Below are positions 35,512 through 57,380 of a DNA stretch of 64,000 nt, in pieces. The translations under genes were made by a program, and so were the position numbers. This DNA comes from the human T2T-CHM13v2.0 reference genome, Homo sapiens. Every line of letters begins with the position of its first letter. Positions within the stretch are counted from its first letter, which is position 1. Location: NCBI RefSeq assembly GCF_009914755.1, contig NC_060939.1. One strand, written 5' to 3'. The notes beneath the pieces were generated by a model, which had not been told where the DNA came from, searched no databases, and was given only the letters and a program-made list of their open reading frames with translations.

Positions 35512-36459
35512 TCCATCTCAGTTTTCTAACGGAATCATTAAATAGCAAGTAAGCATTAACGAAGAAGAGTGTGACTTCTTACATGTGTTCTGCAAACATT
35601 GCACATACTCTTTCCATATTGTAGTACAAACACACGGAGTCTGGGAAGGATCACACAAATCCTATCAAAAATTTCTTAATAATCATTATTTGTTAGCTCC
35701 CTTGTCCTACTAAAAGAAAATGAAAACAAATCATTACATGTTAATAACAGAAATTTGCCTAGGGTTTCCCATAACAATCTCCTAAAAAATTTAAAATACA
35801 GTTTTAAAAAATATATAGTAAAGAACAAAGAAGAACACAAAATGACCCATAATCTCACTACCCAGATAAGCTCATTGACATTAAAAAAAATAAAGTAATA
35901 CATTAATGGAAATTCAAATATTCCAATAGCTTTTTAGAAAAAAAGGACACTACATTTAATGCATTGGTGTACGATGTGACCCAATTTTAGAGAATGTGTG
36001 TGATGGTGGAAAATGCATCTTTAGAATTGATGAATTATGTTATTTCTTTCCAGACTTTTTTCTTTGTGTATTTTTAATGTAGTTGATATATACATATGTA
36101 AAATGTATATACTGTTTCTGCCCTTTTTCACTTAATATTATATAAACATTACATTAGTGCTTTTTAAAATTAATGATTATCTTTTTAATGTAACTTATTT
36201 AATTAAATAATATTTAAATATTACATTGTAATTAGCTTAGCCATTTTCCTTTAGTTGTTTCCAGTGTTTGCTCTTATAATTAATATTTTTTCCTAAGTCA
36301 AACTGCATCCAGCTTTATTAAAGATACTCTTCATAAACAATTATGATAGTCCAGGCAGGACATGGGCAGACAGTTGTTAACAGTATACAACAACGTTCAA
36401 ACTTCCTCCTTCCGTGGACCATCAAAATCAGAAAGCCAGTATAAAAACCAATGAAATCT

Positions 36460-37516
36460 GACTAAAACACCAAAAGCAATGGCAACAAAAGCCAAAATAG
36501 ACAAATGGGATCTAATTAAACTAAAGAGCTTCTGCAGGGCAAAAGAAACTACCATCAGAGTGAACAGGCAACCTACAGAATGGGAGAAAATTTTTGCAAT
36601 CTACCCATCTGACAAAGGGCTAATATCAAGAATCTACAAAGAACTTAATCAAATTTACAAGAAAAATACAAACAACCCCATCAAAAAGTGGGCAAGGGAT
36701 ATGAACAGACACTTCTCAAAAGAAGACATTTATGCAGCCAACACACACATGAAAAAATACTCATCATCACTGGTCATCAGAGAAATGCAAATCAAAACCA
36801 AAATGAGATACCATCTCATGCCAGTTAGAATGGCAATCACTAAAAAGTCAGGAAACAACAGATGCTGGAGAGGGATGTGGAGAAATAGGAATATTTTTAC
36901 ACTGTTGGTGGGAGTGTAAATTAGGTCAACCATTGTGGAAGACAGTGTGGCGATTCCTCAAGGATCTAGAACTAGAAACACCGTTTGACCCAGCCATCCC
37001 ATTACTGGGTATATACCCAAAGGATTATAAATCATTCCACTATAAAGACACATGCACACATATGTTTATTACAGCATTATTCACCATAGCAAATACTTGG
37101 CACCAACCCAAATGTCCATCAATGATAGACTGGATTAAGGAAATGTGGCACATATATACCATGGAATACTATACTGCCATAAAAAAAGATGAGTTCATGT
37201 CCTTTGTGGGGACATGGATGAAGCTGGAAACCATCATTCTCAGCAAACTATCACAAGGACAGAAAACCAAATACCGCATGTTCTCACTCATAGGTGGGAA
37301 TTGAACAATGAGAACACTTGGACACAGGGCAGAGAACATCAGACACCGGGGCCTGTTGGGGGCTGGGGGGCTGGGGGAGGGATAGCATTAGGAGAAATAC
37401 CTAATGTGAACGACGAGTTGATGGGTGCAGCAAACCAACATGGCACATGTATACCTAGGTAACAAACCTGCATGTTGTGCACATGAACCCTAGAACTTAA
37501 AGTATATACGTATAAA
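36460..37516 (+). mobile_element. 5'-truncated L1PA (PA6/7-like) in the HMGN2 pseudogene 3' UTR
   Basis: ORF2 C-terminal ORFs at 36479-37304, 3' UTR; TSD aaaaaccaatgaaatct / aaaaacctattgaaatct. Confidence 0.95.
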
Positions 37517-38130
37517 AAAAACCTATTGAAATCTTTATCTGATGTTCTGAGTAGGGAAAGTTTCAAGCGACGGTTGGCACTCCACGTTTAGCATGTTGTT
37601 TAACACATTTTTACAAGGAGACCCTGACTTTCAGGAAATGAAATTACAATGGCAGAATTTATCTGAAGATTCACAATCTACAAATGGAACTGCCACTTTT
37701 TCAACGGAGACCATCTCAGTGGCATCGCTGGAAAGTCCAGATTGCCTGACACACTGGTAACCAACTATTGGAGGTCAGGTCCCAACAGGTGTCTGCGTTT
37801 AAAGGAGTTAAGTCAATGCTGAAGGCAGAAAGAGAGAAAAGGACATAAAAGTTAATTTTGGTTTTACCACACCTCCAGGGTGTTTGTGCTACGGTGGCTA
37901 TGTGTGTCAACATCAATAAATCCCTTCTCCTAGGAGCTGAGAGGAAGTCTCTCAAAACTAGAAGGGAAAGGTGTTTTCCCAACGTCAATCAATCCAGATT
38001 CAGAGACATTCTATTAGTGACATATGCCCCTCCCACCCACAAAAAAAAAGCGTTCTGTGTACTAACAACATAACTTTAAAAAAAGTAAAATAGGATTCTG
38101 CATTTTTATAAAACAATAAAAAAATAGCAT

Positions 38131-39256
<1,126 letters not shown>

Positions 39257-39314
39257 GTATTTCAAACTGTACAGTCACCAGAAGTACAGATTTATCAAAA
39301 ATGCATACACTTCA

Positions 39315-39683
<369 letters not shown>

Positions 39684-39718
39684 TCACCTCTTCTTCTTCA
39701 CAGTGCTCCTATAATTAA

Positions 39719-40014
<296 letters not shown>

Positions 40015-40061
40015 TGACGGTCTTCTTAATTTCGACTAAACAATTATATTCACAAGACAAT

Positions 40062-40585
40062 TGTAAGGGAGAAAAAATGCTTCCTTCTACCCTTCCAGAC
40101 TCTGTGACTGCCTGAGAATTAAATTGAGAGGCAGATTAACAGGAGAAAAACAGTTTTAATTACATACATATTCATCGGAGTTTCACAAAAATATGAAACT
40201 CAAGGAAGCAGCCAGATGATTGAGACTTACATATCATCCTGAGCTACAGAAAGAAATAGGGGTTTAGAGACTTCTGTTGAGAGTGAGGCAAATCATGGGA
40301 AAGGGAGAGGAGGAAATGTGTGGTAAATAAAGTTTGCCTTATGCAGATAAGTCTCTCAGGTACAGAGAGTAGCTCTCTTTCTTGTATAGACATTTTTACT
40401 AATGAAAATTTCCTTTATAAATGTAAATTTCCTTTACAAAAGGGGAAATTTAGACTTTATTTTGGATAGTTGAGGCGGAGGTAAAGAGCTTTCCTGGAGT
40501 CAGTGGGTTCTCAGTTGCCTTTAGCTCAGAATAATCAATATGCCAAAATGGCATATTTGGGGCTGGCATATTCTTAACTTCTTCA
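40062..40585 (-). mobile_element. MER34-group LTR
   Basis: Reverse of 'tgaagaagttaagaatatgccagccccaaatatgccattttggcat'. Confidence 0.7.
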
Positions 40586-40845
40586 CTACCATAGGCTTCA
40601 CTTGGCATCAGGTTCTCTTAGAAGGATATAGAATAGGAACCACAGCTTGCCAGAAGGCAGTGTCAGCTGTGGCTCAGCCAAGACAGTAGTCCTAGCAGCT
40701 TTCCGTGTAGCTGTCCACATAGCCATCCAGCAGAGTTGTCAAGTACAATACGGATGTCCAGTTCAGTTTGAATTTTAAATAAAATATATAGACTATATAT
40801 ATATACTATACAGTGTACATATGTATATATATACTCTCTTTCTCT

Positions 40846-41484
<639 letters not shown>

Positions 41485-41534
41485 AAATATTTTTTTCAGT
41501 GTATGTTCCAGGTATTGCATGGGACCTGTGTTAT

Positions 41535-42221
41535 TTATTTATTTATTGAGAGACAGTGACTATGTTGCCCAGGCTGGAGTGCAGTGGCTATTCACAGGTT
41601 TGAACATAGCTCACTGCAACTTCAAACTCCTGGGCGCAAGTGATCCTCCTATCTCAGCCTCCAGACTAGCTGGAACTTGTGAAGGGAAATTAAATTTGGG
41701 GACCCCAAACTCATTTAGCCAAAGGGAAAAGCGAAGCTGGGAACTGGGTCACACAAACCTGCTTGCCTCTTTTTGTTCCTAAATAAGATGGCTACAAGAT
41801 GAAAAGCTACACGCCTCCCCTACATTTTGTCCACAAGGAAATTTCTGGTGAGCTGTTAAAACTTCACCATGGCAATGCAAATTGATAGCTTATCTTTACA
41901 GGTGCAGTCACCCAGCCCGTCAGACACAAATGCATATCTGATTATTCCCCTACCCCGTTTTGTCTGTGTTATCTTATGTAAAATGCAGATTCCCCACATT
42001 TTTCCTCTGCCCCTTTCGTTTATGTGAAAACTGTGTGCTTCTCAATATCCCGCCCTTTCCCCTTTAAATTTAGAGCCGTCAAAATCATCTTCAGAAAAAG
42101 GCATAGACCTGTCTCCCGGGCCTGTCCTTAACTTTGGCAAATAAATCTCCTAAAATGATTGAGACTTGTCTTGTCATTTTCCTAGACTGATAGACTACAG
42201 GCACGCGTCACCCCATCTGGC
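41535..42221 (-). mobile_element. FAM (fossil Alu monomer) split by an LTR
   Basis: 'ggagtgcagtggctattcacagg' FAM/7SL-type motif; resumes 'gactacaggcacg' at 42193. Confidence 0.75.
41678..42192 (+). mobile_element. LTR15-like ERV1 solo LTR
   Basis: 'tgtgaagggaaattaaatttggggaccccaaactcatttagcc'; 4-bp TSD aact/gact. Confidence 0.75.
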
Positions 42222-42364
42222 TGGACCTGTATCTTTATTCACTAAATCTGGCATTTCTAAACCAGAAGATACTTTCTTTGGCTTCCAAGTGACATCTCAG
42301 ATGCAAGAAGACAAGATCCACATTGAATGGGTGTGGGACTACCCATTTAAAAATCTAATGCCTC

Positions 42365-42670
42365 GGCCAGGCACGATGGCTCACACCTGTAATCCCAGCA
42401 CTTTGGGAGGCCCAGGCAGGTGGATCACGAGGTCAGGAGATAGAGACCATCCTGGCTAACACGGTGAAACCCCATCTCTACTAAAAATACAAAACCTTAG
42501 CTAGGCGTGGTGGCAGGTGCCTGTAGTCCCAGCTACTCGGGAGGCTGAGGCAGGAGAATGGCGTAAGTAAACCCGGGAGGCGGAGCTTGCAGTAAGCCTA
42601 GATCACGCCACTGCACTCCAGCCTGGGTGACAGGGAGATTCAGTCTCAAAAAAAAAAATAATAATAATAA
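42365..42670 (+). mobile_element. AluY-like
   Basis: Y-type diagnostics 'gaccatcctggctaacacgg' and 'ggagcttgcag'. Confidence 0.93.
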
Positions 42671-43120
<450 letters not shown>

Positions 43121-43242
43121 TAACAGAAATTTATAGTTTAACTAGTTCAGATACAGTTTACCAATCAGGGTCATTTTACCATAAGTAGGTTGTCAAGCAA
43201 CAAAAGTGACATAGTTTCCTTTCTCCTTCTCCTTCTCCTACT

Positions 43243-43666
43243 ACAACTGACCCTTGAACAACACAGGTTTGAACTGCATGGGTCCACTTATATATGAACT
43301 TTTTTCTGCCTTTGCCACCCCTGAGACAGCAAGACTAACCCCTTCTCTCCCTCTTCTTCCTCAGTCTACTGAACACGAAGATGATGAGGTGAAGACCTTT
43401 ATAATGATCTACTTCCGCTTAATAAAGATATATTTTCTCTTCCTTATGATTTTAATAATGTTTTTCTTTTTTCTAGCTTTCCTCATTGTATAAATATAGT
43501 ATATAATACATATAACATATAAAATATGCTAATCAACGGTTTATGTTATTGGTAAAGCTTCTCATCAAGTAGTTAAGTTCCTGGGAAGTAAAACATTATA
43601 CTTAGATTTTCAACTGTGTTGGGAGGTCAGCACCTCTAACCCCCAGCTTGTTCAAGGGGGAACTGT
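43243..43666 (+). mobile_element. Tigger2a/MER8-like DNA transposon
   Basis: TIRs 'caactgacccttgaacaa' / 'ttgttcaaggggaactg'-like, flanked by TA. Confidence 0.8.
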
Positions 43667-43669
43667 ATT

Positions 43670-45510
<1,841 letters not shown>

Positions 45511-45630
45511 AGTCCTTATTAGGTTGCCAGTGGAAAAGATGTAGAAAGTTAACCAAAAGTCAAATTTTCATGTAGGAGAGAAAAGGTTTTGCTAACACTT
45601 CACCCACAAGCTTCTTTATCAACAAAGTAA

Positions 45631-46035
<405 letters not shown>

Positions 46036-46088
46036 GAGAAATCACTTCCGTACCAGAGCAGTTTAAATGGATGTGCCTGGCAACCTAC

Positions 46089-46422
46089 TGTAAACCAAAA
46101 ATAAAACTCTAAGCCCCCTCAACCATCTGAATGGACCCCTCTTCTTGGCCAAGGGCATTCCAAAGTTGACCTGAGAAACTATTCCGGCCATAATGGGAAA
46201 TGGGTGTTGAACATGCCTCATCCTACCCTCCTCCCTTTTGGAATTACTGATAGAATGGACTCTTTAAGTCTGATAAGAAACATTTACAATCTATTCTCTC
46301 TGAAGCCTGCTACCTGGAGGCTTCACCTACATGATAAAGCCTTGGTCTCCACAACCCCTTATCTTAACCCAGATATTTCTTTCTATTGATTCTAAGTCTT
46401 TAGACAATAACTAAACTCTTTC
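46089..46422 (+). mobile_element. MER4-group LTR 5' fragment
   Basis: 'tgtaaaccaaaaataaaactctaagcccc...gaatggacccct'. Confidence 0.8.
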
Positions 46423-47095
46423 AGAGAAATAAAAGACAAAAGAAATAATTCAACAATATTACAAAGAAATGAAGGGCATGAATTCCCAATTTCAAGGGAC
46501 CCATTGAGAACCCAGCATAACAGGCAAAATAAAGATACACACCAAAGCACATTATTATTAAATTTCAGAACATTGGAGACAGAAAGGACCTAACAGAGAG
46601 GAAAATAAAATCACTGGAAAGGATAAAGAATCGGAATGGTATCTGACTTCTCAACAGCGACTCTGGTAGTAGAAGTCAATAAAGAAATGTTTTTTAAAAC
46701 AAAAATGTTTTTAAGTTCACATTTTATTTAGGTTGAAATAAGCTGTACAAAATTGGTATTTCTGACCAAAAATAACAGCCATATTTTCTATCATATTTAT
46801 AGATAAACCACAAAACACTTATTGTAGTCAGTTTTTCAGGTTTTGATTTTAATCTAGATAAGGAAGTAGACATAGTTATGAAAAAAGAAGAGAACAGACA
46901 CATCAGCTGTCTGTATCCAGGGCTTCTGATTCTGTCTTGACCATGAAACTAAAGTGTTCCACATACACCTGATGAAAAGCTTACGACACAGGAAGACATC
47001 AGCTCAACAAAGGAATGCAAATAGCAACAAGCAGAAGGAGAACAATGATGCCAGACTCTTCCATTCAAACTTGTTCTTCTAGGATCACTTGATAA

Positions 47096-47493
<398 letters not shown>

Positions 47494-47702
47494 CGTTAAA
47501 GGTTTTTAACAGTATACTTAAAAGTCCTACCAGTGAAAGGTGAGTTGTAAGATTCACTGTGACATTTTATGAAATGTATTCTTTCCTCCTACACCTACCC
47601 AAAATTTATTCCTTCAAAGTACTGATAACTAACTTAACTTCAAAGTACTGGATCCACAGTGATACTAAATGCTGTGTCTGAAATGATTTTAAAACAATTC
47701 TA

Positions 47703-48017
<315 letters not shown>

Positions 48018-48033
48018 TTAAAACATCCTTTTA

Positions 48034-48343
<310 letters not shown>

Positions 48344-49194
48344 AAGCATCCTTTGAGGTATTCTTACTGATTTCTGAATCACTTGTAGGAAGTTCTTACT
48401 TGCTGTATAGTTTGATATGTGCACCTACAGTTAAATCCAGATCATGTTTTATATCAAAATTTATGTTAAGTAAAACCAAGTTATTTAACCTTTGGTCTGT
48501 CAAAGTTTTCCTCAGCTATAATTTGAGATGCTTTCATTTATTTTCATAGTGCTCATTCTCAATCTTCATTATAGGAAGAATACACAGGACTTTCAACAAT
48601 GTGTACACATTAGGGAGTTTTACTGATGTCAGGCAGACAGAGGGCTTCAAAAATGCCAATAGAAGCTCTGCCTCTTTCTGTCTGTGTTTCTACTTGATTC
48701 TCCAACAATGAAATTGGCTGAGAGCATGTTCAGATTGGCTCAGTCACTTCAGTAAAAGTCAGCTTAGTGTTTCTCCGATGTGTCAAATTTGAGCTGTCCC
48801 ATGACAGAAGGTGCCAGAGATCAGCATTTGCGAGCTATGAGACCCTGTTCTGAGAATAAATCTTCAAGTTCCAGAGTAATGCGCTGCACTGTTGGAACAC
48901 ACAGAGATTCCTTATAGTAACTCTCAGAGGTTAGTTGAGATTCTAGGTTACCTTGCTGAGCTCTGCAGAATTTCCCAGAGACTTTTATTTGAATATCAAG
49001 ATTGGTTATCAAATTCATGCCTTCCCCAAATTCATGATAAGTTTTAATATTTTCCAATACTTCATTAGTGATACGATACCACCATGAAGCTGCTGGCTGC
49101 AAAGAAAACATCAGAGATTTTCCCCTAGAGATTTTTTTCCCAAAGCCTCTTGTAAGATAAGACATTTTTAAGAACATTTATAAAAATGAAATCA

Positions 49195-49335
49195 AGGCCG
49201 GGAGTGATGGCGCTCACCTGTAGTCCTAGCACTTTGCGAGGCCAATGTGGGAGGATCACTTGAGCCCAGGGGTTTGAGAGCAGCCTGGCCAATCATAGTG
49301 AGACTCTGTCTCTATTAATTAAAAAAAAAAAAGAA
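49195..49335 (+). mobile_element. FLAM-type Alu monomer
   Basis: Single left-type monomer plus A tail. Confidence 0.85.
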
Positions 49336-49689
49336 AGAAATTAAAATACATTAATGCACTGCAGAATACAAATGCTCAGCCAGCTACACAGTTATGTCAT
49401 CTGAGACTTGTCTCACTATTTATATATTTATATCTCTAAACATAAAACAAATGCTGGCAGGAGATCCAGTAAAATTTCAAAAGCATCATGTCTATCTGTC
49501 CATTGAGAATGAAAAATTGCCTTCAGTTCATTATTCCTTTCTTTGTTGTTCTGAGAAAGGACAGAAATTACATAGTCAAGTCCTAAAAGTAGTTGTGGTG
49601 AAGAATGAATAAAAGAACAAACTTCCTCAGTCCTTCATAATACAACAGATATCCCCATAATAGGCACTGATTTTGCCAACCACATATTT

Positions 49690-50003
49690 AATTTTTAATT
49701 TTTTAATTTTAATTTTTTATTTGTTGAGACAGTCTCGATCTGTTGCCCAGGCTAGAGTGCAGTGGCACAATCTTGGCTTATGGCAACCTCCGCCTCCCGA
49801 GTTCAAGTGGTTCTCCTGTCTCAGCCTCCCCAGTAGCTGGGATTACAGGCGATTGCCACACACCCAGCTAATTTTTATATTTTCACGCCCAGCGGGGTTT
49901 CACCATGTTCACCAGGTTGGTCTCGAACTTCTGACCTTAAGTGATCCTCCCGCCTCGGTCCCCCAAAGTGTGGGATTACAAGCGTAAGCCACCATGCCTG
50001 GCC
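49690..50003 (-). mobile_element. Alu
   Basis: Reverse Alu; 17-bp TSD tgccaaccacatattta. Confidence 0.95.
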
Positions 50004-50902
50004 TGCCAACCACATATTTAAGGCACAGGAAGAGCAGAATGTGTAGATAGTTTGGGGATATTTCAGTTAAAAATCTTGAAGCAGCAACCTCCATTTTTGA
50101 AGAAAATCTATTGGCCATATTGTACATCTGGCCACAACAGCACTCCACATTTAGCCCCACTTCCCGATTTTTGTAGTGTGAGATCACACAACCAAAATGT
50201 CTGCTTCAGCTTCACAAGGAAGACACTCACATATTTCTCTGTCGGGTAAGAGACTCATCAATAAACCTCTCCACTCCGGGCTGGTGTTCTTTCTCTGCTA
50301 TGTCCACCACAGCATCAGTGATCACAGAAAAGAAGTATGATCCCTCACTTCCTGGGGCTTTCTTCCCAAAAGCAGCTCTCACAGATCTCTAGCAGCTGTT
50401 CCTGCTGTTTTCCAACAGAACAGCTGGAAAGACGCTGTTGCCTCAAAGGGTTTTCTCAGGACCTTGTCACCAGAATTTATCTGGTACCTTAGCGGTGTTT
50501 GAAAGATATCAGGAGTAAAGAGATATTCCCAGATTTAATCAAACTCATGTGCATCCAGAGGTAGGTTTTGTTTTCTCAAAAGAATAAACATTTAAATAAA
50601 GATTTTTGGTATTATTTGTTTTTCTTCTCTTCAGGGATTAAAAGTAAAATGTTTTCACCTTGTTCCTCACTCTCTTTTACTACATTGAGCTTCTGAGTCT
50701 TGCTGTCGTGTGTTTCTTTATGTTTTTGTTCCTGTTCAGAAGTTTTATCAATATTTTTTGTTTTAATTTTGTTTCAGTGTCCTGATTTCATCTTCACTTA
50801 ATTCTTTTTGATTGACTACTACACTGGAGTGTTTTTTTATTCATCTGAACAAGATATTACAAGTTCCTTTAAATAGATGACATTTGAAAAGCATAAATTG
50901 GC

Positions 50903-51193
50903 TTCTCTGCCCACCCTCACCCTTCAACTGTCAGCGTATCCTCATTCTTCTTGGATGCAGGACAAGAGTTCGGGTACGAGTTATAATACAGGTGGGCTGT
51001 CTGCTGGGGCGCACCCGGTCCAGCCTCCTCAGGCTGAGCCGGTATGCAAGCCAGACTTGGCTGGGGCAGACCAAGTGGGTGGGGTGCCTCCAGCAGCAGG
51101 TAGCATGGCCAACGGAGGTCCAGGCTGGGGAGTGGTACGTCGCTGGCCGGAGATCCCGGCTGGCAAAGTGACCAAGAAAAAAATATTGTGTCA
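50903..51193 (+). mobile_element. LTR27/MER52-group LTR 3' fragment
   Basis: 'ctcacccttcaactgtcagcgtatcctcattcttcttgga...ggctggcaaagtgacc...gtgtca'. Confidence 0.6.
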
Positions 51194-51625
51194 ATATCAT
51201 CTGGAGGTAAGAAAATATTACACATTCACAGACGCATAAAAGTATATCCAGACCCAGATAGAAAGCTTACAGTTTTAATTTTAAAATTTTAACCAGTTAT
51301 ATTTCATCCAAGCAGAAATACAAAAATCACTGAAGCAATTCTCCCCCAATTGAGTACAAATTCTTAATAGATTTGATTCAAAAAATACAAAATAGACAAA
51401 CAGGAAAAAAGGAACAAACTGCTGTTTTTCACCTTCAGAGACAAGATTTCTATAAACCATTTAATTAGTTAATAAAGTCCACCAAAAAATAAAAATAAAA
51501 AACAAAAAGCATAACTTGTTTTTGAAAAAAAGGCATAAATATTTTCAATTGAATTATTTGACTCCAACTTTCTTTTCTGAGATTTTTAGCCTTCTTTGTG
51601 TGCTCTTAGATTTTTAGTGAGTCCC

Positions 51626-52720
<1,095 letters not shown>

Positions 52721-53045
52721 TTCCTGTTTGCCTCATATTTTTATTCTTGTTTGGTTTTTTAACTTTGTAAGCTACTTATAAGAGCTCTTCTAACTATTTG
52801 AATGTACGCTAAAGTCATTTCGGTTAAGAGAAAGTTAAAAAATGGAAGTCAATTATGTTATTTCAAGTTGTAGTCTTTTGAAACTTCCCAATGTCAGCCC
52901 CTTTAGGTAAATATTTGGTTAATAATTCTTCCAAAGAAAGGTTAGAAAGGTTAACTTTTGTTCAGAGTTAAAGGACAAAGAAGACCTTTATTTTAGTTCC
53001 TTAAAAAAAAATAGTTCCTTAAAAAAAAGAAAAGAAAGAAAAAAG

Positions 53046-53381
<336 letters not shown>

Positions 53382-54579
53382 TTAAGCCTCTCACCTGGTC
53401 AACAAGTTTCAGGTTATATAAATCATTCCCTATTGATGAACATTTTTATTTAAACATGCTATATTGGTACTATTTTAATTAAATCCCCAATTTCCTCATC
53501 TGTACAGTGAAGGAGTTGAGTAGGCAGTGGTTTTTAACTCTGGTTACATATTTAAATCATGGGAGCCGAGACCCCATCCTAGATAATCAAATAAGACCTC
53601 TGGAGATGGGGCCACTACAGATTTTAAAACCTCCTCAAATGATTTTAATATACAGCCGGGGCAGAGAAATATGTGGCTAGGTGACTGTAGGCTCTTTCCA
53701 GAGGGTGAAATTCTGTGAACGTAAGGGCGATGTGAAAATGGGAAATTTTCCCATATTTGCTGCTTATACTACTAAGAACATTATTTGGAATGACTGTTTG
53801 TATGTTTTAATACAGTAACCAGCATGACTTCAACATCTCATGGTCATTTGAACTACCTGAGTTAGCCAGAACCTAAGTCAAATGTTTCAATTTTCACATA
53901 TCTTTTGATCTACTAATTATTTCTGTCATTCTATACTATACGTTTACTCTGAAATAGACCCTGTGTTTTATTTGTTCGTTAATGAACTGCTACTATGGCA
54001 TCATTTTCGGTATGACATTGACATGTGTCTGTAAATACGTATTAACATTGTGTTTCTCGAACAAGTGTGCCCTTACATCACTTGGGGAATCTTGTTAAAA
54101 TTAAAATTCTTATTCAGTAGATCTAGGGTGAGAATCTGGCCTAAGAATCTGCATTTTTTTTCCCTTATCGTTACCTACAGAGGATCTGCATTTCTAACAA
54201 GCTCCTAAATTATGTTGATGCTATCTGTCTACCATCCATGCACTACAGCTTGCGCAGCAAGGCATTAACAGATCCATCCAGACTGATGTAACTCAGAACT
54301 GCAAGTCAGCCTCAGCATTAATTGAGGAAAAGAATAGGGTCACAGGAAAAAGAAGGGGTGCTAGAGTCATTAAAAATTTTTATGCTTTGCATAATGGCAC
54401 CTCTTTTTTTATTTTTTAAAAGAAATAACCCATTGAGAAAACTATAGAACTTTGTCACTGGTTCTTTCCATAGGTTTCATCAATTATTTTCTTCAGCCGT
54501 GTGACACCTGTCGTCTACAGTATAGGCTCATGCACTGGATATTTCTAAAGGCAGATTTAGCAGCTGAGAGCCCATTTCA

Positions 54580-54825
54580 TTAGTATGATATAGTGGGAAA
54601 ATGCACTGGACTGGATTTTAGAAGACCTGAGTTCTTGTCTTTATCACTTTTTGATTGTGTGACCTTGGGCAGGTCACTTAATCTCATTGAGCCTCAGTCT
54701 TGTCTTTAAAGCTAGGCTAGTAATCCCTGTCTACCATACAAAGTATTAAGAAGAGCAAATAAGATAGCTGTGAAAGTGCTTTGTAAATTACAAAGTTACT
54801 TAGACGTGTAAGTTATTATCATTAT
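54580..54825 (+). mobile_element. MIR
   Basis: 'tgtgtgaccttgggcaggtcacttaatctcattgagcctcag'. Confidence 0.8.
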
Positions 54826-55026
54826 TGTCCATGTGGTACTGACTGAAGGCCTACGTGTAAAAACACATTGGCTCTTGATGCTGTTAACCCTCAACTTCCT
54901 TTATCAGTAGAAGGAGGTTTAGCAAGAATTAGATGATGAATAAGCCACATGGAATCTTTCTCTGTCTGGGTTCAAAGAATGAAAGAATCAAAGAATGAAA
55001 AGATGGAGTCTTAAGAGTCAGAGAAA

Positions 55027-55333
55027 GGCAGGGCTTGGTGGCTTATGCCTGTAATCCCAGCACTTTGAAGAGGCTGAGGCAGGCAGATCATCTGAGGTCA
55101 GGAGTTCGAGACCAGCCTGGCCAACATGGCGAAACCCTGTCTCTACTAAAAATACAAAAAAATGAACTGGACATGGTGGCATGAACCTGTAGTCCCAGCT
55201 ACTCAGGAGGCTGAAGCATAAGAATCGCTTAAACCCAGGAGGTGGAAGTTACAGTGAGCCGAGATTGCACCACTGCACTCCAGCGTGGGTGACAGAGCAA
55301 GACTGTCTCAAAAAAAAAAAAAAAAAAAAAAAA
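55027..55333 (+). mobile_element. Alu (S-like)
   Basis: Alu consensus. Confidence 0.95.
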
Positions 55334-55704
55334 GAATCCTGGGGAGAAATGGTTAATTCAAATTTCCTTATTCATGTGTATTATATACTTGACCATTGTT
55401 TCCTTTCCAATTCCTTGTCTGGCATTGGAAAACACCAGTGATGTTGATGGGAAGGTCTATGCAACTGCTTGTGAATAAAAGCCAATTTTGAATTAAAAAA
55501 AAAAAACAGAAGAAAAAACCAGGTTTCTCTGATCCGTTCACATAACTCAGTGTAGAGGAATAGTTAATACCATGTCTTTCCTTCACTCTGTAGAATGCTT
55601 GCTGTAGACTGGTAATTTACTATCATGGTTATTGAGCAAACAAAGAGGCTTGGCTTTCATTACAATAGAGGAAGAAAAATACTGGTGTGGAAAGAAACAT
55701 ATTT

Positions 55705-56011
55705 GGCCAGGAGCAGTGACTTATGCCTGTAATTCTACTACTTTGGGAGTCTGAGGTGGGAGGATCACTTAAGCCCAGGAGTTGGAAACCAACCTGGGCA
55801 ACATGGGGAAACCCTGCCTTTACAAAATATACAAAAAATTAGCTGGGCATGGCGGTGCGTGCCTGTAGTTCCAGCTACTCGGGAGGCTAACGCGGGAGGA
55901 TCACTTGAGCCTAGGAGGTTAAGGCTGCAGTGAGCTGTGATCGCGCCGCTGTACTTCAGCCTGGGTGACAGAGTGAGACACTGTCTCAGAAAAACAAAAG
56001 GAAAGAAAAAA
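55705..56011 (+). mobile_element. Alu (J-like)
   Basis: Alu consensus. Confidence 0.92.
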
Positions 56012-56145
56012 ACTGATTTAGCTTTTGTGGTTGGATAAAAAGTCTACATGATGAGATAGCTAGTGAGTCCATAAATCATCTCAGGGTGGTAGTCTGCAAG
56101 TGGGAAATTGAGTTAACTTTCTTGTGGGTATGGCAAATAGCTTTT

Positions 56146-56452
<307 letters not shown>

Positions 56453-57075
56453 GCTAATTTTTTTTTATTAGTTAACCTCAGATATTTTCATAAACACGTT
56501 TCAGAGTCCCCCAGACTCTGTTCTGGATGAATATAGAAACTTTTTTGATAAGTTTCTTGTAAGAAATTTCCACAATGGCAGAAATTCATCCCTACTGTTC
56601 AGTTCACCTGAGGCCGGTGATCCACTACCTGATTTTCCAAATTCAGGTTCCACACTCAAATAACTTGCTCCTTCTATCTCTGGGGTTGTTTCATGAGCAG
56701 AGCAGCCAGTGTTCTTCAATCTGTGGTTGCCCACATCCTGACCCTGATAATCTTTCTTGTTAGCAGACAGAGATGCCTCTACTGACCTGTGCATACATTG
56801 CAGACTGATACTCTCTGAAATCAACCCATGATGGCTGGTGACTTTGCTATCATTGCAGGAAGTGTGATGGGTGCTTTGTGTATTTTGTGATAAGAACGAC
56901 TTGTTAAGCTTTGAGTGAAAGCCAGAGCCTCAGACACCGTTCCACTGAGAAAACTTGAGACTTCTAATATAACATATCAGGCATGTGATATGGTTATTTA
57001 CCTGTCTTTTCCAGAGTATTGAATCTGGAACATGTATGTAGGAATTTCCTTACCAGTTTTAGTTTTAACAAGCAC

Positions 57076-57380
57076 TTTTTTTTTTTTTTTTTTTTTAGAG
57101 GTAGGGTCTTACTTTGTTGTCCAGGCTGGAGTGCAGCATTGTAATCATGGCTCACTGCAGCCTCAAATTCCTGGGCTCAGGTGATCCTTCCACTTCAGCC
57201 TCCCAAGTAGCTAGGACTGCAGGCATATGTCACCACATCTGGCTTTTTTCTTTTCTTTTCTTTTCTTGTAGAGACTTGATATGTTACCTCGGCTGGTCTC
57301 TAACTCCTGGCCTCAAGCATTCCTTCAGCTTCTGCTTCCCCAAGTATTGGGATTACAGGTATGAGCCATTGTGCCCAGCC
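57076..57380 (-). mobile_element. Alu (J-like)
   Basis: Reverse Alu; TSD aagcacttt. Confidence 0.9.
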